Source: Raja brachyura (taxonomy: Eukaryota). Taken from it: a stretch of DNA of 64,000 bases. Positions within the stretch are counted from its first letter, which is position 1, and each line of letters starts with the position of its first letter. A program made the position numbers and the translations under genes. The stretch covers positions 55,490,001 to 55,554,000 of the forward strand of contig OY740790.1 of the NCBI GenBank assembly GCA_963514005.1. Reading direction: 5' to 3'. Positions 13,088 to 26,865 of the stretch are shown here, piece after piece. Under the pieces are notes generated by a model. It worked only from the letters and a program-made list of their open reading frames with translations. It made no database searches and had not been told where the DNA came from.

Positions 13088-16000
13088 CTGAAAAGAAAGA
13101 TACTTCTGGTAGTAATACAGAATACCAAGTCTGAAATATTACATGCAGTGACCACAGGCCTCATCCACCCACCACATCAAGGTTTCTTGATAAAGACTAG
13201 TTGCTTCGTTGAGAAAATAAACAGCAGTCATAAAATTTAAAAAACTGTGTAGCCAATGCCTAAATAATGCAAGCAACAGGCAATAATATTTGGTGTATGT
13301 TGCAAATTAAACCTGTATGAGGAACAACATATTTCAACTCCACCTGGCATATGTATTGAACAAAATAAATATACTGCATTTGAATCGTAAGTAATATTTA
13401 TAAATGGAATGTTTCAGAATGTAGATTTTTTATTATTTATTTAAATGTATGATTTATTAAAAGCAGCATTAGATATCATAAAGTTTCAGTCATTTAGGAT
13501 CCAAAAGATTCTTTGGAAATTTAATGGAAGGTTTTGGTTTTGGCTACCTGGCTAGTATGCATAAGTAGCAAATCATGCCATGAGTTACTTCCAATTCTCC
13601 ATTCTTCAGGTCACCCTGCAATGCCTTAGAAGGGGGCGGCGGGGGGGGGGGGGGGGTGAACTAGCAATCTGGAAATACAAGTGATATAGGTGATTTGCAC
13701 ACTATTTAAACCTTTCGTTAGGGATGCATTATGCTCTAGGCAGCTAAACTAACGTTAATAACTCTTATGAGGTGATCTGCAGGAACAATGAGCCCTACCA
13801 TTTCATTCTTCAAATTATCTTCACCTACAATGTTCTCTAAATAATCAAAACATTTATTAATTGCAGAGAACATGTAATCGCAATAAAGGATCACTTCTAA
13901 AAATCCAAAATACTGAACACCTTGGTTCTTGGGTGAATAAGGCAGATACACTTCCTCTATATTGGTCTTACAATCAAAACGTTTATGATGATGATCCACA
14001 TACAGCAGAAACAAGAATAACTGCTGACAACCTTGTATCTATTATATTCTTTTGAGAATTTAAAATATGGAAAGCTTACAACTAAAAGATAAATCATTCC
14101 TCTTCTTAAAATAAAGGTATGATTTTAAATGTTGTTTCTGCAGTTTCCAACAAAATATATGCTTGTAGTGGTTTGGTAAATTGTACAAAAATGGCAGATT
14201 GCTCTACACCACATTTTATTTTTAACTTCTGAAACAGAATTAAATTCCTAAACGATTTGGAAAGGTCTAACCATTGTTATTACACCAAATAAATAGTTGA
14301 TAAATAATTTGAACAAATAATTTACGCATGTTTCCCAACTTAAATTTTAAAACTATATAAAACTAAAATTGACAGAAGTTTGAAAATCACTCAAAATTCA
14401 ATACTGCTTTTAGTATTGTCATGCACAAATCCAAAAGAAAAATACAGCTGGATGAAATACGACAATTTCTTAATTAAAACATGCATTGAAATGCATCAAA
14501 CTGTCAGAAATGGGAATAATTTAAAAAAAATCTAACATAACAGGTGAGAGGAAATTTAAATGGCAAATTGTTCAAGTTTACCTACCTAAAATTTTCAAAT
14601 CAACATCCAAAAACTCTGTATCATTAAACAATGGTGTTCCATCACACCAAAATATATTAAGATAAATCTTCTCAAAGGGTGATAACGGTACAGTGTAACA
14701 AAATATTCTGAATTATCTTACAAATGCAAGAAATCAACCTGCTAGTGATTCGCATCTTGGAAAAAACTGTAGCTCAAACCATTGACCCAATATAAAAAAT
14801 ATCTTTGTTCAACTTAGATTTGATTGATTTCATTCTATGGGAATTTTGTAATGCTTATATTATGAATGGGCATAATGCCCTTACATAATTGTGCAACTGG
14901 TAAATGTCATTACAGATTTTCCTGAAGGAAAAAAAAGTTCCACAATTTTATTAGTCATTTAAGAACAGTGTAGTACAGATGGGAGTTGCTGTACTTGACT
15001 ATCAATCAGACTGCAAGTACCAGGACAAGATAACTTAATTGCTTGTCACTGTTAGACTGGGTTGGCTTGAGTTAGAGTAATATTCATCACCTTAAGTTGC
15101 CCAGCTCAGCTGGCTTCATGTAATTGAATTTAATCAAGAATTGTGTTAGTCCTATATAGCCCTCCTTGAGTTTCAGTGTAGGAGAAATAAGGAAAAGAAC
15201 TGTATACCTCAATCTGCTGAAATTGTATCAATGTTGGCTATTGATAAAAATTATAATACAAGTTGGAAAATAATCACCCAGTCCAGATCAGCTTTCACTA
15301 CAAGCTGCAAAGGGAGAAAAATCAAACATGACAAGAAATACTCTTTAAAAGAAATGTGGTGTGCTCGCAACTACCAATTTTGCAATTTGGAATACATAAC
15401 ATACTTACTAAAAATTACAAAATTTCAAGTAACTCACCCTTCATAATACCCAAGATAGTAGCTAATGTATTTATAAGAAAAATTCAAAACCAGTGGCTTC
15501 AGTACCATTAGAATGCTGTTATTTAGATATAAATTCTCCAAGAAAAATGTTCGTTGGTACACATCAACATCATTTTGCTAAAATTACAGTGCCATGACGG
15601 ATCATAAAATAGCATTTTATCTGTTTGAGACTATCATGTCTGGTTTAGATTAGCTGCAGTGTCATGAAGCTTGACTTCTTCTCCAGACTGGATGTTTTGC
15701 TCCTGTTACTATTTAATGTGCAAGTAGTTACAGAGAATAACCCACCATTACTCATGGAAATGGAAATGATTTCACATGATGGCGATTTATCAAACTGAAC
15801 ATCTCCAGACTATTAAATGCTGATCAATTCAGTCTTGTTTTACAAAAATGAAATACCACTTTTAAATAATAACTTTTGGATAAACTATTGAAAACCTGAG
15901 AATCGGGGGAGTTCATTTCCGCTGCACTGAAAACGTGCAGTGACCAATTTACAAACACTTGCCTGATAAGCAAAAAATGCAGTGTGCTTACATTCAATCA

Positions 16001-18075
16001 TCATGCATCAGGCTTATAGCTCCCATGCAGTTCAAAGCAAGAAGTTAAAGAATCAGAATAAGAGGGAACACAAAGAGCTAATGTAATTAAATATGGAAAT
16101 AAAATGGTTTGCACAAAATTCCACACACATGAAACAAACACCATGCACTTGAGTATGTCATAGAATGTCACAGGTGCATATTTATATTATCAGATGTCAG
16201 CAATGGAACTATGTAGCTATTAAGACTATTAAGTACCAGAACTGGGATGGACATTTAAAATTATATTTCCACACAAAATGCTTCTCTACCTTCACTAGTG
16301 CAAGCAATTGCAGCTTCCATTGAACTCTTCCTTATTTTATTTACTTACAGTTGCCTGTGTTTAAAAAGTTCATAACATGTACAAAACTGGAGATACCCTG
16401 TAGAAGTGGTATATTTTGCTGAAATTGTGCTAAACTGGTGTCAAAACTATGCATAACCCTACTTTCTTCGACAATGCCTCCAAATTCTTATTCCATATCA
16501 TTCTACTTGTGGGCCACTTTTGAGTCACATTCCCAAACAGCTATGGTATGAAATCTGAGAAAAAAACTTTGAATTTCCAGTAGCCAAAATTAAGCAAACA
16601 ACATAAAACATAATTTAACTGCAAAGAGAATGGGAATACGATGGTTATAGTCCCTAATTTTATGTGTTCAAAGGCTCCGAGCAACCAATCTTCTCTCCGA
16701 TCTCTGCAAGTGTAATTTTATATTTATTTACAAATGGGATGGAAGTACCTATTCCATCTCTCCCACAAAATAATACCAAACCCAAAAAATATTAACTATC
16801 TCTATGTACAATGTATTAGTTTCTTATAAACGCTGCTGCTAAAAATGAGAGCAAGGTACAAAGGGTTTAGTCTTGATAAGTAAAACTACATCTGATTACA
16901 GAGGAACATGACTTCGCAAAATATGAGAGTTATGACTTCATTTTGTTATAAATATCAGCATGAACTCAGCCGGGGAAATTGGGCTATGCAGTGCACGATG
17001 AAAAAAGCAAAGTAAATTTGTAAATGTTAACTAGTCACCATTTGAAATGTCTGAATATCAAAGATATTATTACTTGACATTAAAGTTTAATCTAGTTTGG
17101 CCAAGTTTTCTTGCTCAAAAGTTTGAAACCTAACCATAATTTTGGCATAAAATAATTTAAATTGCTTTAATTTGTTTGTACACAAACATTTCCTCTAATG
17201 ACTAGTATAACATTTCAGATTATACTTCTAACTACAATGGAAAACTTAACATTGCTAAGTTGGTGAAGCCTTTTATTTCCAAATCTTTCACATCTGCACT
17301 TTCCTGCGTCCATTTAACCATGTCAACTAGTTTTAAGGTTTCAAATATTAATATCAGAACTAATAGTAAAACAGACGTCAGTTCCTGAAGAATATTCCCG
17401 AATTGAGAATGCAGCTGTGATGCTTTTGTTTGTTATATGTTACATAAAGAATGAAATGCAAGCCAAAATGTTGGGTGTCAAACCACACATCCTTCCATGC
17501 AAGAATCTATTATAGCACATACTAAACACAAACTCACCGAGAAAAAAAATAAAGAGGGGGAGAAATAATAATTCAACATGCTCTGACATATTCACATAGC
17601 ATTAGCATCAAACGTATTGATTACTCTGTTGCTTTCAAGCTGGTAGCTGATATTGCTTAAAGGCATTAAATTAGTCCATTTTTGCTTCGAGATACCTCAA
17701 ATAACTGAATGGTGCTGTCAACTAAGATATAATTTTAAAAATTGAAGTAAAACTTTAACAAAAAAAAGTTTGATTTAACTTGCACTTGGAATTAGATTCA
17801 AAAGACGCTGTAGGTGGAAGCGTTTGTTCATGCGCTGTACTGTTGTTCATGATGGCTTCAGAAAATGAACAGCACTGATGAGACCTAGATATGAAGTCAA
17901 TGTTTCTCCTTCATTTTCACACTACAGTGAAGAAAAAAATGAAACCTTCTAAAGGAAAATCTAACCAAATATCATATGCCTGAATAAATTGGAGGAAAAG
18001 GATAAACTTGAAAAAAACTGATTCATTATCCACAATGAGTTGGACAAAATGGTGAATGATGAAGAAACAGTGTTT

Positions 18076-18161
18076 CACAAAAAGCTGGAGAAACTCAGCG
18101 GGTGCAGCAGCATCTAAGGAGCGAAGCAGATAGGCGACGTTTCGGGTCGAGACCCTTCTTC
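18076..18161 (-). mobile_element. Short Penelope-derived hammerhead-motif element
   Basis: Near-identical to 2374-2462; 13-bp TSD agaaacagtgttt at 18063-18075 and 18162-18174. Confidence 0.88.
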
Positions 18162-19239
18162 AGAAACAGTGTTTGCTACTTTGCTCAAATATGGCTGCCT
18201 ATGACGTTTAATGATCCCTATGGCAAAATATTCCCGTTAAAATGGTAACTGACTATAAAATATTTTGGGGTTCTGAAAGGAACATGAAAGATGCCATATA
18301 AATTTGAATCTGTTTTCATATTGCAACAAACTAAGATATTTTAAATATTTTATAGTGGTATTTGTTTATTAATCACTGTAACTCACATTAATCTGAAAGA
18401 TTTTATTTGATTTTTCTTGAAAGATGCAAAAAATGTGGCTTTATGGTGGAAAGGGAAGACACAAACCCAACAGTACATGTTGTTTCTGCATCATACAGGG
18501 TTAATTTTGGAAGAGGCAAAAGATTTGGAGAAAGGGTCCCTTAGATTATTGTGCAGGCAAAAAGGGTGGCATGGGAATTATTCAGATATAGAAGTGGGGC
18601 CTATCAGCATCACTGGGTATTATAAAGTCATTATAGAAAAATGCCGTAAGAATTAGGAGAAATTGGGCAAAGTTGGAAAGAGAAAATGTAATGGGCCTTT
18701 TCTTTTAGTTTGGATTTTGTCTGCTCACACGTTTCAAATTTAGATAAGAGGCTAAAATGGACAAAACAGAGTGGATTGCTAGGTCAATTAAAAAGGCACT
18801 TAAGTCAGGTAGACAAAACTCCAAAAACATAATAAACCAAACTGAACTCAACTTCAAACTTTCGGGGGGAAAAAAATCAGCCTATATTGTATAGTGCCTT
18901 TCATACTTTTCAGAGGTCTTCATAGTTAATCAAATAAACCTCTATTCTTATTGACTAATTCAATTTGCTGCAGGAAACATTGTTCAAATATGTCAAGACC
19001 TTTAATACATTTGGTTGTGGATTTGATATTTTAAGCTCAGTTGAGCCCCAAAATTTAAACTATTAAAATATGTTACATTATTTGACCTACAAATATCAAC
19101 TGGAAAGCATGAGTAAAACCAGTTTTGAGATAGCTTAGAAATTTCTAACCTAATTCGAATGTTTTTTTAACGCAGGTAAAATATCTGCCACTGTTTGGCG
19201 CAATAAACATATAATGATTAACACTAGTGTTAATGACTA

Positions 19240-19332
19240 GTCTGAAGAAGGGTCTCAACCGAAGTGTCACCCATCCCTTCCCTCCAGAGATGCTGCCTGT
19301 CCCGCTGAGTTACTCCCAGCATTTTGTGTCTA
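19240..19332 (+). mobile_element. Short Penelope-derived element, hammerhead core decayed
   Basis: ctgaagaagggtctcaaccgaagtgtc...gtgtcta. Confidence 0.75.
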
Positions 19333-20235
19333 TAATGTTTCACACAATTCATAACAAATACAAATAAAAACAAATTGATAGATCAAATTGATTTATTTAA
19401 AACATAACATTTGGTGTAAAAGTGAAACCAAATTCAAAACCTGGTTATTGGTAAGAAACCCCAATAAATTGTCAATGAGCATCTCAGAACTCTTTTAAAA
19501 GAATGTTCCAAATAATATATTTTGGGTTTGGGCTACAGTTCATACTTTATCCCCATTTCTGTCACGAGCTAACAGCAAATTATATATAAGTAAAATCCCC
19601 AATCAAGACACTATGGTAAGAAGTCTCAATCCCCACAGGCTTAGCCTGATCTAAATGCGTGAACATTCTTTTTCAAATTTACCAACGGATGATTATGTCT
19701 GCTGATATCTACATTTAGAATTCATGTTAACTTCAACGTTCCAGAATACTGATGTTACTCATGCATTTAGAAAATAGATTTGTAGGTGTTTAAAGCTATT
19801 CAATTTTGTGCATTACATAAGGATTTAAAAATAGAACATAATTAAAAAAATGGGTGAAATAACAGCATTTGTCATGATGATCGCGTGGAATTAAAAAAAA
19901 CATTTTTAAAAGCAGAATTCAAAATTGGGATTCTAAGATTACTGCTTCAAAATAATGCTCGTACAGCTACCAACTGTGAAAGAACCAGAGAGCAGTCAAG
20001 ATTCTCCTCATGGCACAAAGCAAAGCCAGTGATTGAGAACAGAAACAACATTAACATGCAGCACGCTGACACTTCCATAAGGTTTTAAAAACACTTAAGC
20101 AGAAAGTCATTTGACTCCAACAGGTAGGGCTAGGCCGTGACTGGCAAGGAGCCAGAAACCCCAGCTCTCCTTTGTCTCACTATAGGACAATCCGTTTGGC
20201 GTGGCGTAGATGGATAAGAAGTGAAAGAGACCAAC

Positions 20236-20247
20236 CTTCTCGCTGAT
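20236..20247 (-). CDS. PTPRF: Microexon meB (12 nt, ATCAGCGAGAAG, encodes DQRE), Ig2-Ig3 linker
   Basis: cttcatctctcag|exon|gttggt with a long upstream pyrimidine tract. As recalled, DQRE is the LAR-type meB (ELRE in PTPRD/PTPRS). Confidence 0.9.
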
Positions 20248-20403
20248 CTGAGAGATGAAGGGTTTGATGGTAGAGTGCAATGAGGATGAGGAGGGAATAA
20301 AAAGACAAGGAAAAACACAGAGAGTAAAAACAGGCCAGGCTTCATCAATCCTCTCAGCACTGAAAAAACAAGACAAGACAATAGCATGGTGGTTTTTCTG
20401 CTA

Positions 20404-20448
20404 CACGCACACACATATACATACGCGCACACAGACACACGCGCACAC
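20404..20448. repeat. Imperfect (CA/CG/TA)n alternating purine-pyrimidine tract
   Basis: Direct reading; similar tracts at 21208-21248, 34811-34859 and 56028-56063. Confidence 0.8.
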
Positions 20449-20805
20449 AAAAAAGCACAAAATTATTTGTCCTGTTATATTGACACCATATGTCACATAC
20501 CTAAAAAATTACCCACTTCTGTACACTGGAATATTAACTTTTCCATTACTGCACACTTGTCAGAAGGAAAAAGTTATGAATTAATTAACATATCACATAC
20601 ATTCATTGATTCTGGGCTGGGAAGTACCATGTAGACCTGAACAGTTTAAATAAAAATAATGAGGCAATCATTTCAGCGCATGGGATTTATGTAGAGTACA
20701 AAAATCAAACCAGCACATATACATGACCTTCAAACATAATACTACTCCTCCTTGTTATCAGAAGTTATAAAAACATAGATCTTAAATAAATGTACTCCTT
20801 TGTCA

Positions 20806-20925
20806 ATAAGGTCATAAGGGATAGGAGTAGAATTAGGCCATTCGGCCCATCATGTCTACTCCGCCATTCAATCATGGCTGATCTATCTCTCCCTCCAAAC
20901 CACATTCTCCTGCCTTCTCCCCTAT
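20806..20925 (-). mobile_element. CR1 LINE extreme 3' end
   Basis: gataggagtagaattaggccattcggccc is the reverse complement of a CR1-type 3' terminus. Confidence 0.7.
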
Positions 20926-22702
20926 AAACCAGCACCAAATATTACAGGCATTTATCATGATTGGAATTCCACTGTGGTAATTGTGCTTGGAATATGCTCG
21001 TTTTGGCATTCTGGCATATTGCAATTTTCCGTATATGTTCTGTTTTGCTCTCTGCTTCACTTCCCAGCCCTTCACATATGAGTAATACTTGGAAAAGGAA
21101 AAGAAAGGAATAAGATAGTGTTGTCAGTGTGCTCAGCACATTATCTTTGTATTCTGATCAAACAATGTGGAATAGAAATATTGTTAACTGCAGACAAATT
21201 AGTGACAACACACACACAGATACAAGCACATACACGCGCACACACACAGTTGTAGTATCCTTTTTCTCGGAACGGGGTTACCGTGTTTGTTCCAGTCACT
21301 TGATGGCTATTTTAAAACTCTGAAAGTTCAAAGAGAAAGGGTTATGACACAAGTCTGAGAGCTTGAGATTATTAAGAAAATTGAATTAATTTGCTGTACA
21401 GCAAATACTTCAGCATTCCTTCACACTTCTTTTAAGACTTGGTTTTAACAAAAAGGGTGAAATAGTCCAGTATCACGAGTTCTAATATTTTAAGCTTTAA
21501 GGCAATGATCAAAATTGCTTTCATTTGCATGTTCCCTAACCAAAAGGTTCAAGTTTCAAAAGTAAGTTGTGACTGCTGCCCCTTTCACCTTATAAAGTGT
21601 TGTTGAATGTTAATCTTCAGCTCTCCCGTCATTTGTGGTATTCCTAAATATTATCAACGATTAATTAGGACAAAGATCCAACATCTTATAGATTTTGACT
21701 TATTCTTCAAAATGTATTGTATTCTCTGTTGATCTATTAGGTGTATTAAGCCAGTTTGATGTAATTCCCAGGTATAATGTGAATCAGAAATGTATTAAAT
21801 AGGAAGCCAAATTGTCCACATGGCTGAGCTACTCGGTATGCAGCCTTTTACCTTAAGACCCACAAGTGTACTTCTGAGTGGGGTGGAAGATTGCAACTAA
21901 TTCGACTAATGCAATCAACTCGACGTGCACAAATGGAAGATCAAATAGAACAAGTTGTCCAACAACTTTAGGCTGTGCACGCCACACGAAAGAAGAAGTA
22001 CTTCTGAGTCATTTTATACATATAAGGGTTTCTGCTTTACTACCGTTTCAGCCATGTGTCATACACACTAACCCTCATCTGGTTCACAATATTTTAAACT
22101 TCTGTTAATCATGCACCTGGTTATTGAGCTCTACATGTCCACTCTATCTAGGCAAACTCAGTTTTCACTGCAATAAAGAGAATCTACATAATATTTCATT
22201 ATTGTTCAATTTCACGAGTTCTACCAAAATCCATTTCTCTCTTCCCTTCCATGCACACTCTTCCTACATTGAGGCAATCAGAGAGCTCTACTCTAACTAT
22301 AGCCGAATTTGCATATCACACTATTCTATGTACTTATTTTCAATAACTAAATGAGTTAATAAAACATTATTCATGCTGTTTTAACTGCATCAACTACTTC
22401 TCCTGTTGCTTTCAGGAATAAGTGGAAATGATCTCCAAGGGGTTCTATGTATTTCTTCACTTCAATTACCATTTATTACTTTATTTGTCCTTTCTGAATA
22501 CATCACCTTACAATTTTCTAGACAGAATTTTACTTACTGCCATCTTGCCCACTTCACCAACACTCACATGAAACTAAAGCTTTCATCTTTACTTAGTTTA
22601 GATCAAAGGAACATAAGCAAATACTGTGATGAATGGTAGAAAGGATTATCTAAAAAGTAAGATCTCTCAGCAATATGGGCAGAGTAGTGAGAGAAGGTTG
22701 AC

Positions 22703-23093
22703 TAAAGATCCTATAACAAGCAAGATAGATCACTCGACGAAAAAGAAGTAGTACAGTCATGGGCAGATTCATGGGTAATTTTCGGCCCCATTTCCGTAAC
22801 CGGCTTCCGTCTCCGCACCAAAGATCACATAGCGGAGCAAAGATAACTAGTGTGGTGACGGAAACATCCTCGTAAAAATAAAAGTTATTTGGTAAAAATC
22901 TTCTCCTCATTTTCAGAATTATAATTTATTAACACAAACTGTCCCCCCGGAACGTTGATTACACTGCGAATCGGGTAGGGTCGGGTTACTGAAATGTATG
23001 AAAAAAAGGCCCATGTTCCGCTCCGTTGCGTGCTACATGTCAGCCCATTGCATTTAGAAGGAGTGGTCTATCTTGCTTGCTATAAGATCTTTG
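22703..23093. mobile_element. MITE with about 30-bp TIRs and 8-bp TSD (hAT- or P-like)
   Basis: TIRs taaagatcctataacaagcaagatagatcactc / gagtggtctatcttgcttgctataagatctttg; TSD aggttgac at 22695-22702 and 23094-23101. Confidence 0.9.
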
Positions 23094-25351
23094 AGGTTGA
23101 CTAGCAGATATCATTAGTTGGGAAAAGGTTAACTGGTCAGTCTCCAGAACAAATGCCTTGCTGGATCATAGGAAAATTGATTTTGTGGATGCTTGTGAGT
23201 ATGTAGGACTCAGTCCATAGTATAAAGAAGGGCAGAAATAACCTACAAATATCATTATGTTAACTGTTATATTATGGTTACTGTGATCTCTCAATCTCAA
23301 GTAAAGGTATTTCACATAGCATAATGAATTCTGGTCGGTGATTCAAAGATTACTTATTGGATACAGCAGAGAAGAATGAAGTGGAAAGGATCAATCTGGC
23401 AGATCAATTAGAATACAGGTTCCAAATGAGGATCTGCAGGCTGAACTGAAAGTACAGAAGGGCATAGCGTGTGCATAAGCGAGTTCGGTATTATAACTGC
23501 GCATACCCAGGTCATGGGTCATTCGGGATAAACATTCTCACCAGCTGAGCTACTGTGTGTATATGGACCTGTGTATTAATCTCAATGAGATTTATAAATA
23601 AATGTAACTGTCAAATATGTCAGCACTAGGCCACAGCGTACTACAGGCTGCACAAATCCACAACTGTTTCTATTTAAATTATTGCCTCAATACAGCACCA
23701 GTCTTGAAAACTCAAGAATGCCTGGTACGAACCTGTCAATCAGGCATTAGCCCGAGTCACAGCCATTCAAAATTGATATTCATTTACACAAATTACGTTG
23801 TGTGGTTAACCAATTTGAGACAGACCTTTCATTCCTATCTAAACAACCTTCCTGGATTGAAGGAAGAGAGGAGAATGTGCTGTGTGGGGAGTAGCTTGGA
23901 AAGTTCAGATTGGATTCGAACAGGCTGGTTAAACTTTCGAGGTGGGTTGGCTTAAATAAAGATGCTGTCGCTTTAACCTCTGGGGTTGCTTCCAGTCTGT
24001 CAGGGCACACAGTTGGGAGCTGGGTCCGGGTGACCAGGAGATGATAATTATGAGAATTTGCAGCCATTTGAACCGCAGCCAAACTAGAGGCTTCGCTCAA
24101 GTGTGGGTCGCAGCTCCCCAGCTGACGGGACTGGTTCTTGCTATCTTTGAAGGAGGCACCACCCGCACCAACAAGTGGGCAAACGCGGAGCCAACCCGTA
24201 ATATGAGTGGGAGCATTTTCTCAGTCAGACTTTGTCGACAGTTTGGGTGGGGGATCTGGGAGAGAGAGAGCTGGCGATGCCGCACAGATGGAAAGTTTCA
24301 TAACGACCCATTAAAATCGGCCACTCGGCAAACTGGGCTGATCTGATCTGACAGCCCTCTCGCTAGCTCGCTGCGTGCCTGATCCTAACGCAGAACCTCC
24401 GCAAAACTTTTGGGTTTCGGGTAACACCTGCACAAAGAGCCTCTGCTAACAGGGGCTGGCAAACTGTGCTGGTCAGCGTGCACTTGGCGAGATGGCTGGG
24501 GGAAACACACCGCAACCACGGAACAGCACAGACCCTCCACTCAATCTATCCAATACTAAAGGGCAGGCATTTGTCAGTTAAATGTCTTATATCGGATTGG
24601 CGGCTCCTTCACAGGGCCAACCCTGTACTCAGTTTTCCTTGGAGATTAATCATTGCCTTAATGGTACATTCACACCGCCTGTAGGTAAAGCATCAGCCCA
24701 CATCACACTGATACAGTGGCTGCCTGCCTCAGATTAAATATAATTTAACTAATAAATTATGAATAAAGATAAGAAAATGTTTCAAACACAAGTAATATTT
24801 TCTTATTCCAGTAGCAAACACATTAAGGATTAAAGGAAAATAATACATTCTTTAATCTTTTGAATATCTCATAATTGCAGATTAATAAACTGAACTAGAA
24901 CTGGGATTATGTAAGTAGTGTGTGAACAGCAGAACAAGAAAGGAAGCTATTGAGTTGACAGAAGTCTAGATTTATTCCATGGTAGAACAATTCATACACA
25001 GTTTATACAGCGTTGTGTTCGCTTATTTTTAAATCTTGAATGACCTTTGACAAATCCCATGATTCCTTGCGTTAGTCGAGTTACCAAACTTGCTTATGGG
25101 GAGGGCAGTCATTTCTAATATAGCCAGCTGTAACATGGGTCTGAACCTGCACCTCCTGTGGCCCTACCCTTGTTATCAATGTGATTGACACAGTATCATC
25201 CTCTGCCTGAGGAAATTCACAGTTGTTAGATTGTGTGTTTGTATTATACAGTGGTCAACATGATCACTGTGGGCCAAAGGGCCTGTTTCCGTTCTGTATG
25301 CCTCTTTCATTGTAAATCAATGTAGGTGGTAATGCACCACTTCTAGTGTTA

Positions 25352-25443
25352 GGTAGACAAAAATGCTGGAGAAACTCAGCGGGTGAGGCAGCATCTATGG
25401 AGCAAAGGAATAGGTGACGTTTCGGGTCGAGACCCTTCTTCAG
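25352..25443 (-). mobile_element. Short Penelope-derived hammerhead-motif element
   Basis: Intact ctgaagaagggtctcgacccgaaacgtc on minus; 13-bp TSD acttctagtgtta at 25339-25351 and 25444-25456. Confidence 0.88.
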
Positions 25444-26526
25444 ACTTCTAGTGTTAATTCAGAGGAGTAATTAAAAGTTAATACTAATCAATCATGACTG
25501 AAATTGTAAATCACCTGTCTTTTCATAACCTAATTATAAAATTGCCAAATTTACTTAATGGAAACCAATGTTGCTTTTAGTTGCCATATCAAAACGTTCA
25601 AATCTAAGATATATGTACATTTGGTCAACTAGTTGGCAGAGCTGCTTTTGCTTTTTTTTAAAACAAGATGAATTACTTCAACAAAAGATCTCTAATCCCT
25701 GGAATCGTATTTTCTCTTACTACACAATATTATAAGATGGTAACATAAGCATCAAGGAAAAACAACATTAACTATCCAATATTTAGTGTTGGCCTAGATG
25801 GCCAATTTAAGACCTAGTTACTAACATTCATACACATGGGAACAAACCCTTTGGCTTACAGAGTCCACACTGACCACTCTTACACAAATCCAAATTATTT
25901 TTCTACAGATTCTACCACACACCTACATACTAAACGCAATTTACAGTGGCCAATTCACCTAACAACCTGTATGTCTTTGAGATTCTGGAGGAAACTGGAC
26001 CCACAGAGGACACCCACACATTCACAGCCAACACCGGAGGTGAGGATTGAATGCAGGTTAGTGCAGCTTTACCTGCTGCACCTTTGTGCTGCCCAGAAAT
26101 TGCCCCATATATAATGAAAAAAAGCTCGAATTATACTTGGTGATATTTTGCAAAAAATATCAAAATGTGAGGATGAGGCAAAAATCAAAAAAAGCACCAG
26201 AGGGCCACATTGCTGGTTTCATTAATTGTTCAGCTAGTTGAATATCAATGTGATTTGTCAACCTGTCATCTGATCACATTAATATGTTGCTAATTTAGAG
26301 ATCGCACAGGATCGCTGAACAACATTTGACAACACTGACCAAGTGTAGTTTTGTTTTTATGTTTTTTAAACAGGGAAGTGATAACGGACAATTAGCACAA
26401 TATAATATTTTTCTTGGAGAAATTAGATAAGTGGAATTACGGCGATCGGGAAATTGAAAGATCATAAAAGGAATTAAAAACATGAATTAGAATAAGACGT
26501 TGATGCCAAAACAGTTTACAGAGCTC

Positions 26527-26865
26527 AGGTAGACACAAAATGCTGGAGTAACTCAGCAGGCCAGGCAGCATCTCTGGTGAGAAGGAATGGATGATGTTTC
26601 GGGTCAAGACCCTTCTTCAGACTGATGTCTGAGGAGTGGGAGGAGAGATAGAATATAGTCGGAGACTGTAAGACTGATAGGATAACTGGGAAGGGGGAGT
26701 GGATCGAGAGAGAGAGGGAAAGCAAAGGCTATTTCAAGTTAGAGGTCAATGTTCAATGTAAGCTACCCAAGCGAAATATGAGCTGCTGTTCCTCCAATTT
26801 GCGACAGAAAGATCAGATTGGGAACGGGAGGGGGAGTTAAAATGCTGAGCAACCGGAGTTCAGGA
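26527..26865 (-). mobile_element. Penelope-like 3' fragment (degenerate GIY-YIG end plus hammerhead region)
   Basis: Homologous to 2370-2860 (ctgttcctccaatttgcg, gggaggggagtt). Confidence 0.75.

Noticed and set aside
17532-17570. Pyrimidine tract followed directly by gtgagt on minus
   Set aside because: No AG precedes the donor (ctcg|gtgagt), so no exon or recursive site can be defined.
20107-20634. Overlapping ORFs around meB
   Set aside because: Only the 12-nt microexon is supported; the rest is intron.
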